Source: Hydrolagus colliei
Taxonomy: Eukaryota
Length of the DNA: 64,000 nucleotides
NCBI GenBank assembly: GCA_035084275.1
Contig: CM068756.1
Span: 6,138,001 to 6,202,000, forward strand
Reading direction: 5' to 3'
In this document: piece after piece, positions 53,472-64,000 of the stretch
Layout of the letters: every line of letters begins with the position of its first letter
Position numbering within the stretch: the first letter of the stretch is position 1
Position numbers and translations under genes: made by a program
The notes under the pieces: model-generated
What the model was told of the DNA's origin: nothing
Seen by the model: the letters and a program-made list of their open reading frames with translations, nothing else
Database searches by the model: none

Positions 53472-55650
53472 CTGAAGAAGATGGTGAGGACGGGTTCGGA
53501 CTATCTTCCTGGGTACTTCCCATCATAGAGAAACCTCCGGCAGTCGTGTTGTCCTCAGTGACATTGGACGATCCTGGTGTCGTTGACCTACTGATTGACT
53601 GGGAATCCTGGTCGCTTCCAGATCCACGTCGTTCATCTAATGGACTCTGGAGGCCTTCATCACCAGGCTTCCTGCTCTTCTTGTGCACTCGGGAATGGAC
53701 CACAACCTGATGGTAGGTTCGGAAGACTCTGCCACAGTCTGAGCATTCGGTTGGCTTTTCCTTCATAGTTCCGTGGTTTTGTCCCAATCCGGAAATTTTG
53801 TACTCCAGTCCTTGATTCATTCCTTGTGCCACGAATTCCCTGCTTCCCAATGAATCATCTTTACCTGAAACGTCAGTCAGGTTACTTCTCTTAGTGCTTC
53901 GAATCAAATCAGCCTCTGGTCTGGGCTTTGATTTATCTCCAGCTACAAAGACAAATTCTCCTTTCTCCTTATCAAAGATGACACCTGCATTTGCTAGAGC
54001 TTCTTCCTGACCAGGCTGCAGGTATTGCTTTTTTGGCAGGACAGCCTGCTCCACAGCCATTCCTCTCGTCACCAGCTGCCACGCCTGGTAACTGTTTACT
54101 GGATCAAACTCTGCCACTCGGGCCACTGCCTGCAACCGTTCCATGCAGCTCGCCTTCAAGGGAGGCGCCAGGTTCAGATACCCGAGCAAGGAACGCTTGT
54201 CACCCTCTGCCATGACACGGCCCGTGCTGCCCACTGGCATGATGAGCTTTCCGAGCATTTCTTTCTCCTTCCTTGCGATTTCCCCTTTGTTATAATGCAG
54301 CTGGTTTTGTTCGCTTAAGCTCGCTTTGTCGGGAGACAGGAAACCGCTCTGTAAACACGATACATACGCAGAATAGACGCTGGAGTTGGATTCCTGCACC
54401 ATATCGTTCAGAGTAACAGGCACCTCTCGGTTATTCTGGGATTTGTTCTTGACCGCTAGTTTGTTCAGATGCACCTTCATGTGGTTCTTCAAGAACCAGG
54501 GCTCCTTGAAGCGACGCCCACAGATCTGGCAGCAGTGCTCAAAGGAATCCTTGTGTTTTCGCATGTGACCCTTCAGGAACCAGGCCTGGCTGAAGACCTG
54601 GCCGCAGACTTCACAGCGAAACTCGTTGGCCACTTGCTCTCCGTTGCCACCGGACCCCTGGCCCTGGGCGGACTCGGCAGTGATGTGCGCTTTCTCCACG
54701 TGGCTAATCAGGTCTTCCTCCTGCGAGGCGGCGAATTCACAAAGGGTGCACTTGTAGGGTTTGTGGAGGATTCGGATGTGACGGTCCAGCTCCTCGCGTT
54801 TCTTAAACTTCCCTTTGCAGAAGGTGCATCTGAATCCCATGGCGGCAGCAGTCGGCTCCTCCTGAGCGCCCGGCGGCTTGGGATTGGAAACCGCATTGGC
54901 CCCATCGGAACTGCCCTGACTGGCTGGCGAAGGCAAACTGGAGGAGCTCACGACAGCCTGCTGCTGCTTGCCGTCGGCCTTGGGCTGGCCCAGGCTACTT
55001 TTCAGCTGCTTGTCCCTCAGGATGGCCCTCTCTTCCAACTCATGCAGGAGCCTGTTCTCTTCCCTGACCCTCCCGCGGCCTTTGCCGAGATTGCCAAGTT
55101 TGTGAGTGCGGAGGTGGATCTTCAGGTTGCCTTTCTGAGCTGCCCTGTGATCGCAATAGGGGCATTTGAAGGGCTTCTCCCCCGTGTGGGTGCGCATGTG
55201 GAGAGACAAGATACTGTTGAAACGAAAGCGTTTGCCGCAAATGGGGCACGGGTACTTCCTGGATTTCTTCGCATCATCTTCGGTGCCGTTCATCTGCGAA
55301 ATGATGCCCAGATTCTGTCCGTTTAAGAAGTGCTGTAAGTCAACTCTCCCATTCATACCCAAGTTTGTGTCAATATCCGCATTCAGCTGATTTGCCAGCA
55401 AGGTCATTTGGCTGCTGATGGGTTGGCGTTTATCCTCCAGTGCTATTGCTGCTTTTTCCTCAGGGTTTTGCCTGGTCTGGAGCTCTGGGCAGGCATGTCC
55501 CAGTTGTGTTGTCAACTGATGCAGCTTCTGGCTTATTGGGTACTGGCCATTAAGTACTGGTTTGCTGACATTAAGTACTGATTTGTTGAGCTGGGCATCA
55601 GGTTCAGGCACAGCTGAGGGTACACCAAGGCACAAACTTGCTTCCTCCAT
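53472..55650 (-). CDS. ZNF536: ZNF536 first coding exon (MEEASLCLGV...PSSPSSS), 7 C2H2 zinc fingers
   Basis: Translation matches vertebrate ZNF536 as I recall it (MEEASLCLGV, NGRVDLQ.FLNGQNLGI, CGKRFRFNSILSLHMRTHTGEKPFKCPYCDHRAAQKGNLKIHLRTH, RSTTPGSSNVTE). Acceptor AG at 55654-55653 follows a pyrimidine tract; ATG at 55650 lies 2 nt into the exon. Donor CAG|GTAAC at 53472/53471. Coding length 2179 nt, phase 1. Confidence 0.97.
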
Positions 55651-57086
55651 TCCTAATGTTAAATTTAAAAAAGCGGAGAAAAAAGAGAATAACATTAATG
55701 TTAACAATATTTTGTTCCGCAAAAAACTAAATTTGGATTTCGATAGATAGAGACAAGAAAAGTTCCAAGATGAGGAAATACTATTTGCAAAACTCTACTT
55801 TCTGCTTCTAGTAATATCCAGCATCAAATTCATTTTATATTGATTTCACAAAGCAAGGGACAACAAAATCCCAGCTCTAGGTCTCAATTTCAAATGACAT
55901 AGCAGAACTGAATCACAGTTGCATCTGCGTTTCTGTGAGTGTGGTTTTAACGTTTTATTGCCACTATCATATCCTCGATTATTAGCTTGTTTGCAATTCT
56001 GAATAAATGATGAACAGCACTGAATTATTGACATTGTGTTTGCCTACTTTAACCGTTATTGTGGCAGTTTATTGGGACCAGGGAAAATGGTCAGAGACTT
56101 TTATCCTTTTATGCATCTGCACCTTAAATTTGAATGAAAGTGAGATAGGCAGTGCCAGTTTATGTAAAACATTTAAAAACCGCAATGACTGAATCTCTCA
56201 TTGTCTGATTCCGAACAATGATGCATCTATAATAAACCTTGTGAAAGCTAGGCTTTCGAATAAAAATTAACGAAGGGAGTTGTTTTGGTCAACTAAAGTA
56301 ATATCTTTTAAAGCTGATTATTCTGCTGCCTGGAAACAGTATGTGCTGCTGTAACCCATGATTACAATCATAAAAAGCCATGGGTATTTGCAACTAAGCT
56401 TCGAACAGATATATTAAATTTAAGAAGCTCATCAAAGTTCTAGAAATACGTTCACATCGCTTCACTAATCCGCAAGCACCTCACATTACATTTTCACACA
56501 TTTCTTCTTTAAGTTTCACAAAAGTTCACAAAGCATTTAGTGCATCTCTTAAAAGGAAGGCTTTTAAAAAATATATACATAAATACAGCAGCAGGCAAAC
56601 CATGTGGAATCCATTGGGCAGCTTAGAAACATGTGTGGCTGCAACTCACACACACTGTTAGGCAAACTATAGTTCCTCCATTTTTTCTACCATTACTTTC
56701 TGATGTTTTAACGTTGGATTCTGCCAGACCGATTGTTCACCATTGAAATGTGTGCTATGACACTATTTTGACGGCAATAGCTAAATTGAACAAAACCTTT
56801 CAATACGATCAGGCTCTTTTCACATGCAAGCCCAGGGCTTGCATGTAAAAACAACAATTTCATTCAATTTTCCTCCCAACTCCCCCGCTTAAAAAAAGAA
56901 AAACAGAATGTACTACAGATTATAAATATTATTATTGCATCAGACAACTGATATAACCTCTCTTCAAGGTCATAAAACAGCTGAAAACATTATTATTTCC
57001 AAAACAGATCAAGGATTTTAAGCTTGTATGTTAGCCTCTAGAGTTGGGATACCAAAGAAGGCCATTTTATTTATTTTTTGTCTACT

Positions 57087-57622
57087 AAACAACAACAACA
57101 AAATTACATTTATATTGCACCTTTCACATCGGGAGGATGTCTCAAGGTGCTGGACAGACAGTATTTTGGACCTGAGCTGTGGGGGGGTGGAAGAGGGGGA
57201 TTGGGGAGGGTGGAGGTCAGAGGTGGGTCCAAAAGCATGATCGTAGAGAAAGGTTGGTTTTCAGGCGGGACTTGAGAAATGGGAGAGAGGGGACAAGGCG
57301 GAGGGATTGAGGGAGAGCGTTCCAGAGTTTTGGGGTGTAGTGGTTGAAAGCACGGCCTCCGATGGTGCGATGGATTTGTGAGGAACAAGCAGGAGGCCAG
57401 TGCCAATCGAGCAGAGTCACCGGGTGATGGATTTTTGGAATGAGGAGGTTGGAGAGGTAGAGTGGTGCCAGAGAGTAAAAGGATTTGAACATGAGTATGA
57501 GGATCTTGAGGTTGATCAGTTCGGTGATCGGGGGACAGTGAAGCCCGGCCAGAACTGGTGAGATGTGGGTACGGAGTTTGGTCTGGATCAGTATGCAGGA
57601 GGCAGAGTTCTGAATGAGCTGT
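57087..57622 (-). mobile_element. LINE-2 (L2) 3' fragment with ORF2 C-terminus
   Basis: ORF 57217..57642 gives HISPVLAGLH...KILILMFKS...LAPLYLSNLL...GGRAFNHYTPKLWNALPQSLR...FLKSRLKTNL, a typical L2 ORF2 C-terminus. (TTG)n tail at 57087-57100. Confidence 0.9.
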
Positions 57623-58324
57623 TTTTTTTCAATAACATTCAACTTGAAACGAAAGACAAGGGAACTGAATATTCGATTTCACTGCGCAAACATTACTGTA
57701 CATTTCATATTATTGTATTCCAGCTATTGTTCCCACCAAATGAGGACTTCAGTCCTTACCCAACATAATGCACATCCCTTCCTGTCAATCCCAACCTTTT
57801 TTTCTTATGGAGAAAGGTTGTACAAATTTTAAACAATTTTTGTTACGCAATTCACAGCCTCATCCTTCCTCATATCTAATCAGAGATGTGAGGAAGCATG
57901 AGACTATGAGATATAAAATAACTAAATTATTTTATCTTTGGGGCGGGCATAGGGGCAGCAAACTCCACCACAACTCTGTCACTTTGATAGTGAGATGCGA
58001 CCGTGCTGAGAAGTTCCAGTCTTTCCGCTTAGAAGCCTGGCTGTGAACTACTTTAACTCGTCACATTGGTTTGTGGGATTGCAATGTTCTCAGTGATCAG
58101 TGGAGTACGAATGCGCAACACAGCAGTGAGCAATGAACTTCAGCTGGCCATCCAACATACATTTCAGTGCAGTAGTGTCATACACATACTGACTGAAATA
58201 CGTAACCATTTAGGGAGTTTGATCTGCCCTCCCGAAGAGGAAGTGGAGATAATGGAATATAGAGCTAGTTTGAGCATTGGTCACCAGGGCTCAGGCTAGA
58301 CTTGCTCAGGTGGAGAGGCAATCC

Positions 58325-58480
58325 AGTCAACAACAAGCATTTATAGAGTGCCCTTCATGCAGGCTAGTGGCCTGGAACGCTTGGCAATGGTGGGGTCTGA
58401 CATTACGCCAGGAAGGGGAGGTAGGAGTTGACCGTAAGCATGATCAAAAAGGAAGTTCCTTAGGTGGAATTTGAAGATGG
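58325..58480 (-). mobile_element. L2 3' tail fragment
   Basis: caacaacaagcatttatagagtgcccttcatg...gcatgatcaaaaaggaagtt. Confidence 0.55.
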
Positions 58481-60075
58481 GGTTTGAAGCACTTGACTCA
58501 CTCAGATGGTCATGAAGACAGGTATCAGGTCTGCATCAGCCTTTGACAATTTGGGATCTAGAGAGTTTGGTGGGGTGGGGGGAAAGGGGAAGGTTGTCTT
58601 TAGGGACAACTCTTGTTCCCTTGAGGAATGCATTTCGGTCAAATTGGGTTTAAAGGGGTGATTGGGGTCCAACCTTACACCTCAATAAAAAAAAATTTGA
58701 AGCCTATTTTAAAAATAGCTCAGCCATTTAGGAGTTTTCCACAGCATAGGTAAATGTTTGCAAAGGTCAACAATTTACTAAGTGGTAACATTTCAGGTTT
58801 ACTTTCAGAACATTTATTTTTCAGAAATTCTGATTAAACTTCAAAAGTAAAAATTTACACATATGTATGATATTTAAAATAGCATTTTGCATTATCCAGG
58901 AAAAATTACATCCATTTCTCAGCAAACATTTACAAGTAGATGCTGAATGACTCATAGCAATTTAAACTGCGCACTATAAAATTTGAACAGACCTTGCCAA
59001 TACAGATTGATTGCACGGAAACTTTTTCGCTCTAATGTTATCTGTCATAAATTTGTAATTAGAGTTGATAGTAATAGGTTGCTATTAAAATGCAGACAAT
59101 AACTCCCACCTGAGAGCTAAACCGTCTTTTCTGTTATATTTCTACGAAAGAGCCCTGTTTTTCATCACATAAACATTTCAAAAATAATAGTCTTCAAAAT
59201 CAGAATGCTGATTATTTTTAAAGAGACATAAAGACATAACACTGTCAAAGTATACATTTGAATTGGTCCATTACTATTTGCCTTTTGGCTCATCTACACA
59301 ACTGGTAACTGGACTCTCATTGTGGGAGCATGAGATGAAGTCCAGAACACTTGCTTGTTCAAACCCCGCTAATCTCTGCGGGCATGTTTTGCTGATTCTC
59401 GGATGAACGATTGGACGGAGCTTCTCTTCATGCAGAGCGCCTCCATCTCAGGTGCTGAAACCTAATCTTCCCTAGCAATAAGACTCTCCTGCTGGCTAAG
59501 ACAGAGAGGCATTGTCTGTGGTCCTCAATCTAGACTGTCCCACCCTCTTGACTGAAGGAAGGCATGAATGTGGTGCCTACTTTACAGCAAGAAGGGGAAT
59601 GCGACCAGTGATAAAAATATTTTATTTTACTTTGTACTGTCCGTTTTTCAAAAGCTAAAACATCCTGTTATTCAATCCCATGGAATTTAGTTCTGGCAAC
59701 TTAATAACAATAGAGGTCAATTTCATTAAGTGGAAGCCATGTAATTCTGCACTTAAATGTACTGTATAACTTCACTTTGTAAAAAGAGTTGTAAAAGACA
59801 GCAATTTCCCAGGACTATTTCAAGGGTACCAGCTGTACTTCTTACAGTAACTGTTTTTCAAAAAGTTTCAAAAGTGTTCATTGTATTGCAGAGTGTATTA
59901 AAAACATTTTGATTGGAATTACAGCCAGAGACAAGGTCCAGTGTGAACTAAGGACATTTGTCCCTCTGGGTTCCTCCAGATAGAAATTTTACATCTTGAC
60001 CAAGACATCAGATAAAACAGACACTCAGAGGTGCCCGACTGGATGCAGTATAAAAAAGGCAAACACTTGGATGTA

Positions 60076-60350
60076 TTCACCTTATAAGCGAGAGATCTGG
60101 GTTCGATTCCCGGCAGGCAGGGTGAAACCTTGGGCATGTTTCCTTACTCCACACGCCTAATAACAATCCCTTAAAAAAAATTAGTCATTTCAATCCACTA
60201 CTATTTGTGGGTCGCTGCTGTGCGCAATTGGCTGCTGCGTTTCAGCCACAAATATAAGATCGATTGACTCTACAGTATCTTCTATGGAGCGCTTTGAGAT
60301 GTCTAAAAGATGTGAAAATCGCTATATCAAATGCAAGGACTATTATTATA
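60076..60350 (+). mobile_element. tRNA-derived SINE (family A), slightly 5'-truncated
   Basis: B box GGTTCGATTCC, ccttactccacacgcctaataacaatccc, tail gctatatcaaatgcaaggac(tat)n. Confidence 0.88.
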
Positions 60351-60529
60351 CAGTATTATCAAAGAATCCCAACAGCAGGGCGATGTTTGAACTTTTGTGC
60401 ATGTAGCAGATTCTGGGGCACACAGTCTAATTGGATAAATGCGTCTTCCCTCTTCTAGTTTTGGTTGGGTATGCTGGTGAACAGGTCAGTGAACACCACA
60501 GTATAGCCCTCCAGGGGTTTAATGTTTCA

Positions 60530-60790
60530 GCTGTCCCTCAGATAAGATGTTAAAGACCTAATGCTATCAGCCTGTTCTAGTTGGGGTTGAAGATTTGGAC
60601 CCTGTTTTGAAAAAGAGCGGTGTCTATTCTCAGTGTCCTGACTAATCCAACTCCACACCTCCCCACCACGACCAAAAAAAAATTCACCACAAAATAAATA
60701 AATTCCCCTTGCTGCTGAGGGGCATTGCTAGTGTAGGTTACACTTCAAGGTAGCTCATTCTGCAAAGCGCTTTCCGATGTTTAAGGTTTG
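60530..60790 (+). mobile_element. Degraded DeuSINE-like central and 3' fragment
   Basis: gctgtccctcagataagatgttaaa...gaaaaagagc...gtgtcctgactaat...cacttcaag...gcaaagcgcttt. Confidence 0.6.
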
Positions 60791-63457
60791 CTATCAAATG
60801 GATGATATTTCTATGCACGTGCATGGGCAACTGAAGGCTTTTCAACCTCATGGCAGCACCACAGCTGGAGTGTCCAGTTCTCTAACACAGACCCATATGC
60901 ACCAAAAAGGGCAAAGGGACCAATAAAGTAAAATGAAGCCAAGGGGACTGATTGTAGTATTCCCACTGCTGACCCAGTGAATGCAAGGTAAAAAGTACCC
61001 TTCTACGGCACCTTGTAAGGCTCAGAACATTTCTTTGGAAGTAAAATAAGAACCAAAAAAATGAAAACATGAAAGTATTATCTGTACTTTTAATTAGGTT
61101 TATAATTATTGGTTAACATATACAAGTGAACATACATAGCAGGTTATAAATTTGAAATTTTAAAAAAACAGTTAATTGGAAAAATCACACCGGGTTGCTG
61201 CTGTGAAACCATTAACATTCATATTTATATGAAATGGGCCACTTAGTTCATTTTAAAATCAACATTTGACAAAAAGGCTATGAAACAAATCTAGTGCAAG
61301 TTTGTGCAGCACATCTGAGTGATAGACAGCAGATACCTCTAGACACGAAGGGAGGTTTATGAATCCTGGATATCTCACTTTGTGTAAACTTTAATTTAAC
61401 TCTTGTCTTCTTTTTCAAGGTCTGTAGAAGTATCAACATTTGTGGTATTATGTCAATGCTAACAAACCCACCTCTAATTCAGACTAATTCATTAGTCAAA
61501 CCCACCACTGTCTAATTCCATTTATGTGCAAGTTTCTTTTTTAAAAATCATTTGAGTCTTTAAAACTGTTTTCTTCAATGGTATTCTAATCCACCAAAAA
61601 AATGTTAAATGTTATGTGGGAATAAAAAGATCAATGCGTTTTTTTTAAAAATGGTCTCTATTTGTATGGAACTCAAATTATATAAACAATCTGTAAATTG
61701 GAATCTAACTGAAAATCCTTAATAAGAAGGAATTTCACTCAAAATTATTGTATTGAAGTGAAGTTTCGTCAGGTCAGTATAGCCTACGTCCAGTTCCAGG
61801 AAGGAGTTCCCTATCTGTGGAACATATTAAGAAATCCTACAAAATAGACAAATTTTAACAGAAATGCTGGAAGTGTAGCAGCAAATTGAATGACTGGCAA
61901 ACCTACAACTGAAAATATAGCATTGTATGATGAAAGTATTGCCCACTAAATGTTTCTGGATTCCAAATACACAACTTCAAACTGACGAATTTTACTTGGG
62001 AGGTTCACCCCACAGATGATCACTGGAACTTTTTCGTACAACCAGATAGTGGCAAGACACCCAAAATACAACAAGATTTACAGCAATCATTCCATGAATG
62101 CCACAGCCGCAGGGTAAGACAACACGGACCGTGAAAATATTTTCAGAAATACCTCTAGTCAATCTGAAGCAAACAAGTTATTGGAATTTATCGGAAAACA
62201 GAGCAATGTAACCAAGAACTACCACAAAATACAACTAGCTTTCAGCAATAATATTATTCAACTGCAGCAAAACCCACGTATTACTAATAAAAAAAAGCAT
62301 TGCACAACTCACATAGCACAAGAATCATACTGAAGGTTTGAAGTAGTCATGAATGGAGATGTGCATAGTGTTCACAATGACAACAGAAGCAAAATTGCTC
62401 AAGAGAAAGACTCTCTCTGACTATTTAGCTATAGTGCAATACCTTCAGATGAACATAGTTCTCACACATTTTTCCTCTCCGTTTAAAAAAAATGACATGA
62501 TGAAGATTGGGGCTGCAACAGTGCACTCCATTTTACAAAGCTCTGACAGACACCTCTGATCTCACAATTACTAATACACACTCAGTTTACAGAAACCAAT
62601 TAAATGAAACAAAAAAACAATAAAATGAATCGAGAGAGGGACACAAACAAACATTGCGGAAAATAGTAGAAACAAAAGAATAGACAAATAGCATCAAATG
62701 AGGCAATTTGAATATCATAATCCACCAGCAATTATTAATATCATGTTAAAGACTTTGCTATACTTTGGCACATGAGCTACTGCAGAATAATGGAGCCTAA
62801 AAATGAAAAGACGAGTCTTTAAACACAGGTTATAGAATATCTCGAGTACACAATCAAATGGCAGAAGAAACTCAGAAGCAGCTAAAATCCAAAAGACATA
62901 CATGCAATTGAACCACACCTATTTGCAATGGTAAATATAATTAGAATTACAGTAAATAGTGTACACAAAAATATATAACATTGCACAACTAAATAACAGT
63001 GTCTATTCCCCTTCTACTCTATTTCAGTATTGAAAGCCCAGTCCTCTAAACCTGGGTAATACTCATATAAGACACAATTTATGGAGCGAAGAGAATCTTT
63101 AACCTAATGAAAATAATGATAACCAACTCTGGAATACAAATCAACAAGAAAATAACAACCTGCTCTGTCTGCAGACACTTCACAACAAAAACTAAATTAC
63201 AATGAAATCCCCACAGACGAAATTAAATAGATTAGTGGACACAAAAATCTACACTGCGTAAATTCATACTCCAAAGAATAAGTGACATCCAGATAAAGTA
63301 AAGCTCAGATGTGCTGGGATACCAGGCTCCAGTATGCTGAAAATAAAAATATCTCAAAACAAAAAAAAATGATTCCAATGAAAATACTATTAGTTTTCTG
63401 AATAGTACAATTGCTGATGGAACATTCGATTTAATCATCCACTCAACAAAACAATTT

Positions 63458-63662
63458 GTCACACATATTACACATACACTCAAACACACACAAACAATTA
63501 CACATGCACACACACTCAATTCTACACACACACACACAATTCCTTACACGCACACATACATTAACTTACATATAAACACACTCCCACAATATACATACAC
63601 ACAATATTGACTGTACATAATGCACACATACTGGCACAATTACACACAAATGCATCACACAC
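63458..63662. repeat. Degenerate (CA)-rich low-complexity tract
   Basis: Read directly. Confidence 0.85.
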
Positions 63663-63755
63663 GTGTTGCGCCCACAAAATGTCGATTCATTTCACAGTAT
63701 ATCGTGTGAAGCACTTTGAGACGTCTGGAAAATGGGAGAAGTGCTAAATCATAGG
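63661..63755 (+). mobile_element. SINE-type 3' tail fragment
   Basis: gcgcccacaaaa...cagtatatcgtgtgaagcactttgagacgtctggaaaa. Confidence 0.65.
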
Positions 63756-64000
63756 CAATGATTACATGCACGACCTAGGACAAGACATTTAATGTATAAT
63801 GTGTATAATAGCCACACATTCTGGATTTCTACTTTTGAGCAAAGACAAAAAATTATACTTGATTCTTTTTTTCTCTGGTTAAACATAATGGAAACCAAAA
63901 ACAGAAGAAAAAAAAATAATTTAAGACTCCAAAACAGTTCTGATCCTTCCTTGCTTTTACACATTTCAATAAAGATATTTGGAAATCCAAACATCTCCTT

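Noticed and set aside
54469-55326. 285-aa plus-strand ORF as an independent gene
   Set aside because: It is the antisense shadow of GC-rich ZNF536 codons, with no recognisable domain.
55651-55722. N-terminal extension MRNKILLTLMLFSFFSAFLNLTLG of the 759-aa ORF, which looks like a signal peptide
   Set aside because: It is the translated polypyrimidine tract and acceptor of the upstream intron, with a non-ATG start. The conserved start is MEEASL at 55650.

Overview
This is AT-rich vertebrate genomic DNA. The repeat content (Deu-domain SINEs, L2 and CR1 fragments) suggests a cartilaginous fish, possibly a chimaera, but that is inference. The window lies inside ZNF536, a neuronal C2H2 zinc-finger repressor, on the minus strand. 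Three coding exons with canonical AG/GT boundaries and matching phase 1 can be joined: 55650-53472, 13521-13369 (153 bp, absent from the ORF track) and 5689-4001. Together they give 4021 nt (1340 codons plus 1 nt), 10 C2H2 fingers and a PLDLS CtBP motif. Neither the promoter/5' non-coding exon nor the terminal exon could be located. Most of the rest is intron, containing tRNA-derived SINEs, L2/CR1 3' fragments and microsatellites. I found no prokaryote-type system and no clearly new biological system. The most notable unexplained items are several unrelated 80-150 nt fold-back hairpins, three perfect 24-25 bp palindromes, a decayed Harbinger-type Myb/SANT coding fossil, an inverted octamer pair, and two local expansions in the ZNF536 coding sequence.
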